Both the position numbers and the translations under genes were made by a program. This document shows positions 19,406 to 30,230 of a stretch of 64,000 nt of DNA, one piece after another (the stretch's first letter is position 1; each line of letters starts with the position of its first letter). The notes beneath the pieces were generated by a model. It saw nothing but the letters and a program-made list of their open reading frames with translations, was not told where the DNA came from and did no database searches. Source of the stretch: Candidatus Cloacimonadales bacterium (lineage in GTDB: Bacteria; Cloacimonadota; Cloacimonadia; Cloacimonadales; JAFGVF01); NCBI GenBank assembly GCA_963667035.1, contig OY762964.1:768001-832000 (forward strand). Reading direction: 5' to 3'.

Positions 19406-19984
19406 TTATCTCGAATCTTTAATGAACAAATCAATATCATCATCCATTTCAGGTTTATAAGCTAAACATGCTTTCAACTTTATCGTCTTCTTGATATGCA
19501 TTGCTAAGATTGGGCAAAACTTTTCCAATTTCTGAATCGCACGCTTTATAGAAGTATAAACCTGATGGTATGTTTGCATAACGAGCTTATCGATGTTAGG
19601 CTCCTGATGTGACCATTTTCTCAGAAAAGCTTCAGTGTTAGCAATTTGGTCCATCTCAATATCATTGAATCTGGATGTGTCATTAATGATTTGTCTTTTA
19701 TAAGCTCTTAACTTTGAGAGAAGTTCTGCATTTTGAATCTGTTCTTCTCTTGCAAGATCATAGCATCTTGTTATATAGTCAGCTTTTGTATCTTTCGATA
19801 CCGAGTTCTTGTTGTTACGGATGTTTGAGTATTCTAAGATAAAGAATAAGCGTTGAATCTGAATTGTTTGATTAGGATGTAGTAAAAGCTCTTCCAGATA
19901 CTTGAATCCGGTTATTTTCGTTATTGGTTTATTCTGTTCGGGTGTTAACCATGATTCAGGTGTTATCACTAATTTGTACAACAT
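19406..19984 (-). CDS. Hypothetical protein resembling the C-terminal domain of large ATPase-type regulators
   Basis: GFKYLEELLLHPNQTI...AYKRQI...VYTSIKRAIQKL...P.LA.HI...I....CLAYKP; SD ggagg before ATG 19984. Confidence 0.65.
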   Translation of the reverse strand: MLYKLVITPESWLTPEQNKPITKITGFKYLEELLLHPNQTIQIQRLFFILEYSNIRNNKNSVSKDTKADYITRCYDLAREEQIQNAELLSKLRAYKRQIINDTSRFNDIEMDQIANTEAFLRKWSHQEPNIDKLVMQTYHQVYTSIKRAIQKLEKFCPILAMHIKKTIKLKACLAYKPEMDDDIDLFIKDSR

Positions 19985-20100
19985 AATATCCTCCAAAACA
20001 TATAAATTGTTGTAATGACAACAAAGTTAACAATTTAGAGAGGATAAATCAGAAGATTGTAAACGGGAAGATACAATAGAATGCGTATTGATTTTTGATT

Positions 20101-20247
20101 TTATAATAGCGTATAAACAAAACTCCTGATTCTCCCGTGTGAATTTTGAAATGTTAGAGAAACTGTACATACTGATAAATAGGACTTTACCAATGCATTA
20201 GTACTACCGTTCAGTTTTAAAATTTCTATACAGCTCAATCGTTTCAT
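20101..20247 (-). CDS. Small 48-aa ORF (MKRLSCIEILKLNGSTNALVKSYLSVCTVSLTFQNSHGRIRSFVYTLL)
   Basis: Strong SD ggagg 6 nt before ATG, downstream of a sigma54-like promoter. Confidence 0.4.
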   Translation of the reverse strand: MKRLSCIEILKLNGSTNALVKSYLSVCTVSLTFQNSHGRIRSFVYTLL

Positions 20248-20283
20248 CAAGAACCTCCATAGAGTTTTGTTAAATATTTAAGA

Positions 20284-20299
20284 TGCAAGATGCGTTCCT
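20284..20299 (-). promoter_or_regulatory. Sigma54-like promoter
   Basis: Minus strand AGGAAC-GCATC-TTGCA with correct GG-N10-GC spacing. Confidence 0.5.
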
Positions 20300-20380
20300 A
20301 TTTGATAAATAAATATTAAAGTAAGTAAAGCGTGATGGTGAAAGTAGTGCTGTAAAAATGAGGGAGAAAGCTATAATAAA

Positions 20381-21007
20381 CTATCCGATCAGTATTTCTT
20401 CTCCGGGTCTGCTAATGTTTAGCATTTGGAAATCCGTGGATGGCTTGGGAACAAAGAGATGTTTGATTTCATCGTATCTATGTTCTCTGGACATCCATAA
20501 ATCAGCCTCTTCATCAGAGATAATGACAGGCATACGATGATGTACTTGAGATAAAAGAGAGTTTGCTTGTGTAGTGATGATTACACATGTGTCCAGTTGC
20601 GTACCGTCCGGAGAATGCCAACTATCATAGAGCCCGGCCAGATAGAAAGGTTTTTTATCTCTTCTGCGAAAGTAAAAGGGTTTTCCGTTTTTCCATTCAT
20701 AGAATCCATCGGCAGGAATCAGAGAGCGTTTATATTTTATGGGTGTTCTGAAACTTGGTTTTTCAGAAAGCGTTTCACATCTTGCATTTATAAGTTTCTG
20801 TCCAATTGTGATGTCTTTTGCCCAATAGGGGATTAGTCCCCATAGTTTTGCCGTAAGGATAAGCTTATCAGCTTCTCTGGTTAACTGAGGAATAGCCATT
20901 CCCGGAGAGATGTTGTAATTTGGTTGAAATCCCATTAATTCATCTATATATATGAATCTGGACATAATGTCGGTAGGGGGAGTGAACAGGGCAAATCTTC
21001 CGCACAT
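20381..21007 (-). CDS. SOS response-associated peptidase (SRAP/YedK/HMCES family)
   Basis: MCGRF N-terminus, NYNISP, WGLIPYWAK, INARCETL.EKPSF, PADGFYEW, HHRMPVI. Confidence 0.95.
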   Translation of the reverse strand: MCGRFALFTPPTDIMSRFIYIDELMGFQPNYNISPGMAIPQLTREADKLILTAKLWGLIPYWAKDITIGQKLINARCETLSEKPSFRTPIKYKRSLIPADGFYEWKNGKPFYFRRRDKKPFYLAGLYDSWHSPDGTQLDTCVIITTQANSLLSQVHHRMPVIISDEEADLWMSREHRYDEIKHLFVPKPSTDFQMLNISRPGEEILIG

Positions 21008-21029
21008 CTTCTATTCCTTTACTGATGTT

Positions 21030-23021
21030 TTATAAAACAAGTTTTTGTCCGGGATATATTATAACAACACCGTTTCTTTTCTCAAGGTTATTCTTTGAAA
21101 TAATGCCATTTTCACTTAATCCGTATTTCTTGGCTATAGAGCTTATAGATTCACCGGATTTGACAACATGCTGTTTGCTTGAGGCATTCCCTGAAAGAAG
21201 TATTTTCTGTCCCGGATGAACAACATCGCTTTTCAAATTGTTCAATCTCTTCAACTCAGAGATTGGAATCAGATATCTGTCAGCAACATGAGACAGAGTT
21301 TCACCTTTTTTAATGATGTGGTAATTATGACCGCTTTCAGAGACTCCCGTTTGAGCACTCTCGGATGTCCCTAGGTAGATTTTCTGACCTGGGAAGATGT
21401 TTGTTCCCGAAATACCGTTAATGGCTTGTATCTTCCTTACCGGAATGAGATATTTATCAGCTATATGAGATAGTGTCTCACCTTTTTGTACAATATGATA
21501 ATCAGTTCCTTTATCTGTTTTGGTTACAGTTGAAGAACTACTTAACAACAGCTTTTGTCCCGGGAATATTGTATTGTTCTTTAGATTATTTATCGATTTT
21601 AACTTACTAACAGGCATCCTATATTTGTCAGCGATATGGGATAAGGTCTCTCCACGTCTAACGGTATGGTATCCCGCTCCGTCTATATCTCCGTAAGAAC
21701 CGCTATAAAGCTTCAACTTTTGCCCTACACGGATTGTGTTTCTACTAAGATGATTAAGGGATTTCAGACTGGCTACGGAAGTATTATACTTTCTGGCTAT
21801 ATCATACAGAGTATCACCTCTTTTAACGATGTGATAAGTGTAATATCCGGCATTCTTCTGATCAAATCTACTGTTTATCTTTGCGAGCAAAGCTTCATCT
21901 TTTTCCGCTTCAATCGGAACCAAGACATCATATTCCCCCGGGGGAAGAACTACATCATTAAGAGCTGTATATCTAGCTCGTTTTCTTTTTGAAATGTTAA
22001 TCCAGGGATTTGTCTCCCAAAGTACACCAACCGATGTACCTTGAGCCTTTGCCCAATCATCCAGTTTATAATGTCCTTTTAGCTGTAAGTGCTCAATCCT
22101 ATGGGTTTCGTATATAGGTTTTTCTTGTATGAATTTCTTACCGAAAATCTGATCTTCATCTTGGAATATTATTTTAAGAGCAATAGCACGCCATACATAA
22201 TCATCGGTTTCTTCTGCTCTTAGAATCAGCTCAAAGAAGTCAGTTGATCCCTGTTCTCTTATAACTCTGGCAATGCTACCGGGACCGGCATTATATGCTG
22301 CCATTGCGAGAAGCCAATCATTTGCTCCTTTACTTTGCAGATAAGAATAATTCTGATTCAAGAATTTAGCAGCGGCATCGGTTGCTTTGAATATGTCTCT
22401 GCGTTCATCAATAAAAGAATTGATTTTAAGTCCTAAACTCTTTCCTGTTTTAGGCATAATCTGCCACATACCAACTGCTCCGACAGGAGAATTAGCCAAA
22501 TTGCTCAAATGACTCTCGGCTACGGCTAAATACTTTGCATCAACAGGGATATTGTAAGCCGTGAATACAGAATCAAATACCGGGAAATACATACCGGAAC
22601 GAGGAATAACTTTATAAGCATACTTGACTTCACGATTAAAGATCTTCTCAAACTTTGCTCTTGTTCTCTCACTTGTTAAATCCACCAATCGACCTGCAAA
22701 GGTAATTGTATCGGGGATTACATATTCGCTGTTGGCAACAACTTGATTCTTGGCATCTTCGAGTGAATTGTTAATTATCTCTAATTCATTATATAGAGAA
22801 TCAATAGTTGTATAGAGGGTGTCTATAACCGAGTAAAGAGAATCAACTTCAATCTCTCTGGCATTCAATTCATTTACCAACTCATCGTTATTGAGTTCCG
22901 AATAGTTAATATGAGGACGAGGAGTTTCCTGAACTACATTATTGTTTGTTTGACCAATTTTCAATAAGGAACATCCGCTTAATATCATTACTGTAAAAAT
23001 AGTAAATAATCTGTATTTCAT
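21030..23021 (-). CDS. Lytic murein transglycosylase (MltD-like) lipoprotein with five LysM domains
   Basis: Lipobox LSGC, LAVAES, AVGMWQIM, DERRD, AAYNAG, repeated HxVxxGETLSHIAxKY LysM units. Confidence 0.92.
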   Translation of the reverse strand: MKYRLFTIFTVMILSGCSLLKIGQTNNNVVQETPRPHINYSELNNDELVNELNAREIEVDSLYSVIDTLYTTIDSLYNELEIINNSLEDAKNQVVANSEYVIPDTITFAGRLVDLTSERTRAKFEKIFNREVKYAYKVIPRSGMYFPVFDSVFTAYNIPVDAKYLAVAESHLSNLANSPVGAVGMWQIMPKTGKSLGLKINSFIDERRDIFKATDAAAKFLNQNYSYLQSKGANDWLLAMAAYNAGPGSIARVIREQGSTDFFELILRAEETDDYVWRAIALKIIFQDEDQIFGKKFIQEKPIYETHRIEHLQLKGHYKLDDWAKAQGTSVGVLWETNPWINISKRKRARYTALNDVVLPPGEYDVLVPIEAEKDEALLAKINSRFDQKNAGYYTYHIVKRGDTLYDIARKYNTSVASLKSLNHLSRNTIRVGQKLKLYSGSYGDIDGAGYHTVRRGETLSHIADKYRMPVSKLKSINNLKNNTIFPGQKLLLSSSSTVTKTDKGTDYHIVQKGETLSHIADKYLIPVRKIQAINGISGTNIFPGQKIYLGTSESAQTGVSESGHNYHIIKKGETLSHVADRYLIPISELKRLNNLKSDVVHPGQKILLSGNASSKQHVVKSGESISSIAKKYGLSENGIISKNNLEKRNGVVIIYPGQKLVL

Positions 23022-23116
23022 TTATGTACCACCTGTTACACAGGAAATAATGAAACAAATTGTAGTCAAGTATAAATACGGATATAGAATAATAATGGGT
23101 GAGAGGTGATTTAATG

Positions 23117-23142
23117 AAAAAGGAATCTCCGAAGAGATTCCT
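23117..23142 (-). terminator. Terminator after tRNA-Thr
   Basis: aaaaaggaatctc-cgaa-gagattcct; T-tail on the minus strand. Confidence 0.75.
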
Positions 23143-23150
23143 AATGTATA

Positions 23151-23222
<72 letters not shown>

Positions 23223-23227
<5 letters not shown>

Positions 23228-23930
23228 GTCTGATTCCTTTAAAAACGGAAGTTACATGCGGTTCTTCAACATCTATATCATAGATATTAAAGAATTGGTC
23301 TTCACTTTGAACTTGCTCTTCATTATTCCAATGAAGCTTGAAGTCTTTAGGAAGTATCCAGTTCAAATGAACAGTTTCCTCTTTATTGCTATTTGTGGGA
23401 TACCAATAATCGATTGCATTGAATGTAAAATCAATTTTGGAGTCCTGAAAAATTGATGTTTGAGGTTGAGAATAGAGAGAATAGTGAATTATTAATTCAA
23501 GTTCGTCAGATTCTTTCATATCATCAGTGAGGTTGATTTGAAAGATATTGGCGTTTTCTTTGATGTAGTCAACCAACTTGACAGGAACGTAGTCAGGGAA
23601 ATCTCCATTGAGATATCTATCAACAATAAAGACATCCTTCTTACTTTTGTTTACTGCTACAGAGTTAAGGACAATATCTCTTTGCATTATAAAACAAAGA
23701 ACTTGCCAATCTCTTACATCAGAGGTTCTAACAGTAAACACATCTTTCATATTCAATATATCAACATCAGACTGATATTTAATACTAATATCATGCTTTG
23801 TTGAGGGAATCAATTTAATAGGAAAGACACGCTTTTGCGGTGTTGCATCTTTGGCTTTCCCACATCCGGAGAATCCCAAAGAGAATACGATAATAAACAA
23901 TAACAAACTGTACTTCATAATAATTCTCAT
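23223..23930 (-). CDS. Hypothetical lipoprotein
   Basis: Hydrophobic N-terminus with lipobox FSGC; stop codon lies inside the tRNA-Thr 5' end. Confidence 0.7.
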
Positions 23931-23982
23931 GTTGTAAATTGCATTTGAGAATGCAATAAAGTCAAGTAAAAATGTAGTATTA

Positions 23983-25002
23983 TTAAATATTTCTTACACC
24001 TTTAGTAGAGAATGCATTTGATGTTAAAGAAGAAAACTCATGATTAACATACTTTTTTATAGCAGCAGCTCCAATCATAGCTGCATTATCCATGCATAGT
24101 TTGAGAGGAGGATAAGCTAGTTTTAATCTATATCTATCAGCCTCTTTTTGCATTCTGGTTCTTAAGTCGGAGTTTGCAGAAACACCTCCTGCAAGAACTA
24201 TTTGTTTAACTCTTGATTTTCTGGCATAGCTAATTGTTTTTTTAACCACAATCTCATTAATTGCAGCTTGTAATGAGGCGGCGATATTAGCTTTATTAAC
24301 TTCCAGGAAATCTTCATCTTTGTCTCTTACATAAGTCATGATTGCAGTTTTTAAACCACTGAAACTAAAATCATAATTGTCTTTTTTATTTAAGGCTCTA
24401 GGAAAATGATGAAACTCCGGGTCTCCTGATTTAGCTAGTTTATCAATAATCGGTCCTCCTGGATAACCAAGATTAAACAACTTAGCTGTTTTGTCATAAG
24501 CTTCTCCTGCAGCATCATCAAGAGTTCTGCCTATTACTTCAAAATTTTCCCATGTTTCAAAATGGACAAGCTCCGTATGTCCTCCTGAGACAACCATAGC
24601 TATGAATGGCGGCTTTAAACTAGGATTTTCAATAAGATTTGCATAGATATGTCCGACCATATGATTAACAGTTATCAATGGTAAATCTCTGCTCCAAGCC
24701 AGACCTTTAGCAAACGATAATCCAACTAATAGTGATCCAATCAATCCCGGATTCACCGATACTGCTACCGCATCAATATCTGATAATGTCATTTTAGCTT
24801 TATCAAGGGAATGATGAGCTAAACTGACTATATTCTTCAAATGCAGTCTGGAGGCTATTTCAGGGACAACACCTCCAAACTCTTCATGCTTTGTTTGTGA
24901 AGATATTAAATTGGATAATACATTGTAGTCTTGATCAATCACTGCTACAGATGTATCGTCACAAGAAGTTTCAAACGCTAATATATGGAATTTATTTTTC
25001 AA
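23983..25002 (-). CDS. tsaD: tRNA N6-adenosine threonylcarbamoyltransferase TsaD
   Basis: ETSCDDT, GGVVPEIASRLH, PGLIGSL, NHMVGH, SGGHT, DDAAGEAYDK, FSFSGLK, GGVSAN, DNAAMI; probable TTG start at 25002. Confidence 0.96.
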   Translation of the reverse strand: MKNKFHILAFETSCDDTSVAVIDQDYNVLSNLISSQTKHEEFGGVVPEIASRLHLKNIVSLAHHSLDKAKMTLSDIDAVAVSVNPGLIGSLLVGLSFAKGLAWSRDLPLITVNHMVGHIYANLIENPSLKPPFIAMVVSGGHTELVHFETWENFEVIGRTLDDAAGEAYDKTAKLFNLGYPGGPIIDKLAKSGDPEFHHFPRALNKKDNYDFSFSGLKTAIMTYVRDKDEDFLEVNKANIAASLQAAINEIVVKKTISYARKSRVKQIVLAGGVSANSDLRTRMQKEADRYRLKLAYPPLKLCMDNAAMIGAAAIKKYVNHEFSSLTSNAFSTKGVRNI

Positions 25003-25873
25003 GAATCTGCACCTTTTCCGGACTATGTTCAAGGAGCATAAGTTCGGGAGGTAGCAATATGTCAAGTTTTCTTGTCTCCATATCTTTGTCTAGACTGTCA
25101 GGTATAACCTCTATCGAGTTAACCGAGAGAGTATCAAGTTGTTGTTTTGGACCAACTACCCTAATCGATATCCATTTGGGAATGGAAACTTCATTTGGCT
25201 TAACTTTAATTGGAACCAATGAGAAGGTTTTTGAAACAATATCTTTTTCAGGTTTAAGGATAGTTACATGTTTTTCAGATATAATAATATTCTCTTTAGG
25301 AAGAATAAGTTTTATTTCGACATCATTACTAACTAAATTTTCTTCCATTATATCTTCAGTCTCAAGATACTCTATATCGTCAAGAACAGATTCAGCTCCG
25401 GTTGCTTCTATTAGCTTCGGACTGTAGTTAAAGCCGGTTTCAACAAATTGTTGTTTGACTTCATTATCGATAAAATTAAGCTTTATAGGAATACTTCTAC
25501 TTATAAGAAAATCTGTTTCAATATAAAAGTCTTTCTTAGTAATAGGCTGAAACCTTAGAGATTCAAATCTTGAAGGATGCTCTACTTGGAAAGATTGCCA
25601 AGGGATAGAGCTGTTTTCTATGTCTAGATTATTCATATCCATTCTTATGTAAAGATTGGCATTTCTAACCAATACTAAGTCGAAAACTTTCCCTATGATG
25701 GAATAACTAATACTTTTCTGAACTAATCTTGGTAATGACATCCCGGAAGGAATACTCTCTATTTTAACTGGGATTTCCAAGTTGATACTATCAACTTGAT
25801 TAAATCTGAAGACTATCCAGAAAATCAATGCAATCACCAAAGAAAGCAATAAAAGGAAGTGAGGTCTTTTCAT
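24992..25873 (-). CDS. YbbR/CdaR-like membrane-anchored protein
   Basis: N-terminal 'LLSLVIALIFW' anchor and repeated 'P..I...G....L' YbbR-like units. Confidence 0.7.
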   Translation of the reverse strand: MKRPHFLLLLSLVIALIFWIVFRFNQVDSINLEIPVKIESIPSGMSLPRLVQKSISYSIIGKVFDLVLVRNANLYIRMDMNNLDIENSSIPWQSFQVEHPSRFESLRFQPITKKDFYIETDFLISRSIPIKLNFIDNEVKQQFVETGFNYSPKLIEATGAESVLDDIEYLETEDIMEENLVSNDVEIKLILPKENIIISEKHVTILKPEKDIVSKTFSLVPIKVKPNEVSIPKWISIRVVGPKQQLDTLSVNSIEVIPDSLDKDMETRKLDILLPPELMLLEHSPEKVQILEK

Positions 25874-25874
25874 C

Positions 25875-27281
25875 TTAGCCTTTAAGCCTTATCCCCAATC
25901 TTCTAAGCTTTTTATACAAGGTAGAGTAATCTAGCTCCATCAATTCGGCTGCTTTCACAACATTCCAATTGGTCTTATTGAGTATGTTCTTTATGTAGTC
26001 AATCTCGAATGATTCTATAGCTTTTTTGAAATTAGTCTCGTGGAAATACTGATTAGTAGTGTTCTTGGGGTACTTTTTGTAATTCTCTTTTTTCTTATTT
26101 AAGTAATCAAGGATAACAGAATTGGTGATATTCTTCTCTCTTATCATAATATGTTTACAGAAGTTAAAGAGCTCTCTGATATTGCCGTCCCAAGTATAAG
26201 TTAATAACTCCGGTAATATATCCATCTGATTATCCAAAACATGAGCCGAATATTTTGGAGAATGAGTCTCAAAGAAAGTATTCATTAGTAGCACAATATC
26301 AGATTCTCTTTCTCTGAGTGGAGGTAGGGTAAGTATATTAGCTTCTACTCTGTAAAAAAGATCTTTTCTAAACTTACCATTGTTAACAAGTTCAAGTAAG
26401 TCTTCGTTGGTAGCCATTACTATGCGAGTATCTACCTCTTTTTCTCCTCCGCCAATTACTTGAATTTTTCTGTATTCTATAGCTCTTAGAAGTTTAGTTT
26501 GAGCTAATGGATTTAGAGTTGCAACTTCATCTAAAAACAGAATACCACCATCTGCTTTTTCAAATATTCCGGGTTTATAAGAATCAGCACCTGTAAATGC
26601 ACCTTTTTCATAACCGAATAACTCGGATTCAATTAATGTATCAGGAATAGCACTTGAGTTCATAACTTCAATAGCTTTTCCCGCTCTTGGTGAATACCTA
26701 CTGTAGTATTTTGCGGCTACTTCTTTCCCTGTACCTGTCTCTCCAATTAATATTACATCTTCATCAGCTCTAGCATAGCGTTTTATATCTTCTCTAAGTC
26801 TCTTTATTGCTATGCAATCTCCAACGAAATATGCATTAGGATCATACTTTGATTTCAAACTTCTATTCTCAAGTTGGAGTTTATATGCTTTCTCTTCCTG
26901 CATTTTGAGAGTAACGGCATTGTCGATACTGAGAAGAAGTTGGTGAAGCTTAAAGTTAACACCTTTTTCTACATAATTGAAAATACCTAGATTCCTGACT
27001 CTCTTTACCTGCTCTTTATTACTCATGGATGATAGAACTATTATTTTAGGCTTTTCTTCATCTCTTTCATAAAGATTTTCCAATATTTCCAAACCATCAA
27101 GAGGACTATCATCAAGGAATATATCCATCAAAATTACATCGGGTTTGAAGGAGTTGTAAATCTTGAAGAATTCTATACTATTGTACGCACACTCTACTTC
27201 ATAATTATTTTTCAGTAAGACTTTTTTTAGCTGGTTAGACAATATCAAATCATCTTCAACTACTAATATGTTTGCTTTCAC
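25875..27281 (-). CDS. Sigma54-dependent response regulator (NtrC family)
   Basis: Receiver domain (VVEDD, ILMD), GETGTGKE, ESELFGYEKGAFTGA, FLDEV, FRKDLFYR, WDGNIREL, Fis-type HTH. Confidence 0.95.
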   Translation of the reverse strand: MKANILVVEDDLILSNQLKKVLLKNNYEVECAYNSIEFFKIYNSFKPDVILMDIFLDDSPLDGLEILENLYERDEEKPKIIVLSSMSNKEQVKRVRNLGIFNYVEKGVNFKLHQLLLSIDNAVTLKMQEEKAYKLQLENRSLKSKYDPNAYFVGDCIAIKRLREDIKRYARADEDVILIGETGTGKEVAAKYYSRYSPRAGKAIEVMNSSAIPDTLIESELFGYEKGAFTGADSYKPGIFEKADGGILFLDEVATLNPLAQTKLLRAIEYRKIQVIGGGEKEVDTRIVMATNEDLLELVNNGKFRKDLFYRVEANILTLPPLRERESDIVLLMNTFFETHSPKYSAHVLDNQMDILPELLTYTWDGNIRELFNFCKHIMIREKNITNSVILDYLNKKKENYKKYPKNTTNQYFHETNFKKAIESFEIDYIKNILNKTNWNVVKAAELMELDYSTLYKKLRRLGIRLKG

Positions 27282-27470
27282 TTAAACTAATACTCCCCTT
27301 GTGTTTTAGACTAATTTTGACTATTTTCCATTTTAAGTCAAGACGTTTTTTGTTTACACACTAAATGAATTAGAACAAATTATCCCAATATCCACTTGAT
27401 AATTATCCAAAGTGTAACTTCCGATACATAGCTCTTGACTGGATAAGTTAACATCAACGATTATTCCAAA

Positions 27471-27941
27471 ATGAATAAGGAAACTGTTTACCTAGAGAAG
27501 ATCATACCCGATAATTTGTCCGATTTGGCATACGCTTTAAACACCGATATAGTTCTTAGACGGGATCTTGGAATCAAAGAAACCGATATTAGTATTGAGA
27601 GTCTGTATGAAAAGACTATGGATTGGATGTTAAAGACTAATTCAATAACTTATTGTATAAGAGTAGGGAAAAAGTCGATTGGCATGATATCGATTAGTCA
27701 TATAGATAAATCCAATATGTCTGCCAGATGTGGATATTGGCTCTTATCTGAATATAGGGGAAGAGGTTATACGACTGAGGCATTTAGTCAAATTGTCGAA
27801 ATAGCTACCGGAATGAAATTAAAAGAATTACATAGTTCTATAAATATGGGAAACAAAGCATCGTTGGCAATTTGGAAGAGATATTTACCAAAATTGATAG
27901 ATAAAGTCGATCATTATGATTTAACCATATCTCTTAAATAA
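27471..27941 (+). CDS. GNAT (RimL-like) N-acetyltransferase
   Basis: IGMISI...ARCGYWLLSEYRGRGYTTEA...N.AS. Confidence 0.85.
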   Translation: MNKETVYLEKIIPDNLSDLAYALNTDIVLRRDLGIKETDISIESLYEKTMDWMLKTNSITYCIRVGKKSIGMISISHIDKSNMSARCGYWLLSEYRGRGYTTEAFSQIVEIATGMKLKELHSSINMGNKASLAIWKRYLPKLIDKVDHYDLTISLK

Positions 27942-28016
27942 GCATTAATTAAGAAAAACTTGACTTCAATTCGTTCATATCAGCAATTAAAATAAAGGAA
28001 GCTCTAAGGAGTTAAT

Positions 28017-29771
28017 ATGAAGAAATTTGTATTCGTTATTGTTTGTATTTTTATTGTTTCATTTGTTTTTGCTGACAGCAGATTACCAAAAGTTATGGTT
28101 ACCGGATATTGGGAACCGACCGGTTCAATGGTGTCTCAATTCAGTACAGACCCTTCTTTGAATCCTAATGGATGGAATGGAGCAAACTGGAATAACCTCG
28201 GTTATGACATCTATTCATTTTTCCCGCCACCGGAAGTGAGAGATTTCGAAGTTGATTATCAAGATACTTGGGAAGACTTTTGGGCAGTTGCCGATTCTTT
28301 ACATCCGGTAGCAATAATCAGTTTTGGTGCAGGTGCCGGACCGTGGGAAATAGAGCATATGTCGACTAACAACAGTTATTGGGTTCCCGACGATGTTGCT
28401 CCATATCAACCTACTCCTTCTCCTCCTGACGATACAGTGCCTGCAGGAACAAATCGCTATTCCACATTACCAATGGAAGAGATGATGGAGGCTGTAAATA
28501 GTTTAACAACTATCAATGCTTGGATAGACTGGGATGGAGACATGGGGAATTACCTTTGTGAGTTTATGGCATATCTAGGTATGTGGTATCAGAATCAGCA
28601 TGCTGAGGAAGATGACCCATATAGATGCTATGCTGCCGGATTTACACACGTTGATTCAAGTATCCCTCTCAATGATTGTATTTATGCTTCTGAAGTTACT
28701 ATTGAAGCAGTTTTAAGAAACATTAATCTTACAGTTAACGGTGTTGTGACATATAGTGATTTTGACCCGACAGGTACAAATGTTGTCTTGGAAGGTGCAA
28801 CTTCTATGACAACCACAATTCAGAACTCCTCAGGGCAATTCAGTTTTAATGGTGTTACTGCAGGAACATATAGAGTAACTGCATATAGAGATAGGGTTGC
28901 ATATTCCACTCAGGAAGTGGTCATAGATAGTGATAATACTGAAGTAAGCTTAAATCTTGTAGATATTAACAATCACTATGAGTTTTCAGTTTGTTCTGAA
29001 CCGGGAGAGATACATACTTTAAATACATCAAATCCTTGTAATGTAGCATTGAGAATCAGACCGGAGGATTTTCCTGCATCTGATATGAAGATATTAACTG
29101 ATATATCTTTTTATGCACCGACAACAACCGATAGCTGTGATATTCAAGTGTTCGTACACGAATACTCTACAGGACAGTTTATACCGGGGACATTAGTTTA
29201 TGAATCAGAAATGGAAGTTTATGAGTCGGATTCTTGGGTTGCTCACACATTAGATGTTCCTATACTTATAAAAAACAATGTTGATTATTTTATCGGCTAT
29301 AGAGTTTCAAACAATCAAACAACTAAAATTGCTTGGAAGGATCAAGGTCCTCAAGTTTTTAACAACGGAACTTGGGCTTGTTTTGGCAGCCAATGGATGA
29401 ACATGAGTTATCTACAATCCAATTGGATGATAAAAGTCGGTTATATGACACCTGAACCTCTTGCAGTTGCTAATGTAACAGCGATAAATCAAACTCTAAA
29501 TCTTCAAAACTACCCTAATCCTTTTAATCCAAGTACAATGATTAGTTTCAATGTAGTTGATGAAACATCTCCTGTTAATATGATTGTCTTCGATGTTAGA
29601 GGACGAGTTGTTAGAAGGCTTGTTAAAGATGAAAGATTACCCAATGGTAGTTGTACGATTTCTTGGAATGGTAAAAACGATGATGGGGATTCAATAGCTT
29701 CAGGTATCTATTTTGTTAGAGTTATTAACGGGAAATATAGTGAAGCATACAAAATGGTACTTCTGAAATAG
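28017..29771 (+). CDS. Secreted pyroglutamyl-peptidase I (C15)-like protein with C-terminal FlgD/T9SS-like domain
   Basis: Signal peptide, VMVTGY, STLP, GNYLCE (Cys), GFTHV (His), NYPNPFNPST C-terminal domain. Confidence 0.82.
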   Translation: MKKFVFVIVCIFIVSFVFADSRLPKVMVTGYWEPTGSMVSQFSTDPSLNPNGWNGANWNNLGYDIYSFFPPPEVRDFEVDYQDTWEDFWAVADSLHPVAIISFGAGAGPWEIEHMSTNNSYWVPDDVAPYQPTPSPPDDTVPAGTNRYSTLPMEEMMEAVNSLTTINAWIDWDGDMGNYLCEFMAYLGMWYQNQHAEEDDPYRCYAAGFTHVDSSIPLNDCIYASEVTIEAVLRNINLTVNGVVTYSDFDPTGTNVVLEGATSMTTTIQNSSGQFSFNGVTAGTYRVTAYRDRVAYSTQEVVIDSDNTEVSLNLVDINNHYEFSVCSEPGEIHTLNTSNPCNVALRIRPEDFPASDMKILTDISFYAPTTTDSCDIQVFVHEYSTGQFIPGTLVYESEMEVYESDSWVAHTLDVPILIKNNVDYFIGYRVSNNQTTKIAWKDQGPQVFNNGTWACFGSQWMNMSYLQSNWMIKVGYMTPEPLAVANVTAINQTLNLQNYPNPFNPSTMISFNVVDETSPVNMIVFDVRGRVVRRLVKDERLPNGSCTISWNGKNDDGDSIASGIYFVRVINGKYSEAYKMVLLK

Positions 29772-29898
29772 CTAAGGATTGTGCTCGATTTAATTTTTAT
29801 TTTATACGATTTCAGTAAGCAAATAGGTTGCTTTCATATTCATTAGCCCTGACGATGTAGTAGCAGAGGTTTCAATGCATATCGACATGCAATGTCAC

Positions 29899-30230
29899 TG
29901 TACAACGACTTTGCAAGCCGTTAAAATCCCTATGGCTTGGTTCAGACTGGGTACGCGGGCATCCTTGCCTACATCTTATTCCTCTTTCTCTTTTTTTATT
30001 AGCTTGTATGAATCTCCCTAACCACCACCGAAATAACATGGAGTTTGTCAGAACCGAAGCGATAACGGACTTCATGGCATATCTCGATAGTTGCTAATGT
30101 CCCTCCCCAAATGTTTGTTGAGCAAAACTTATGAAGGTTCTGCTGTAACATCGACACAGATGATGTAGCCTAAAATGTACAATAACTTTACAAGTCATTA
30201 GAACCCTATTGCTTGATTTAAACTGGGTAC
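29899..30230. repeat. Degenerate 55-56 bp direct repeat pair with a REP-like palindrome and a long hairpin between them
   Basis: tgtacaacgactttgcaagcc...ctgggtac (29899-29954) vs tgtacaataactttacaagtc...ctgggtac (30176-30230). Confidence 0.6.

Noticed and set aside
23983..25065. ORF-track start for tsaD at 25065
   Set aside because: Extension overlaps the upstream gene; homology starts at KFHILAFETS, so TTG 25002 is preferred
29872..30075. 67-aa ORF
   Set aside because: Runs through REP-like and hairpin sequence; no SD or protein motif
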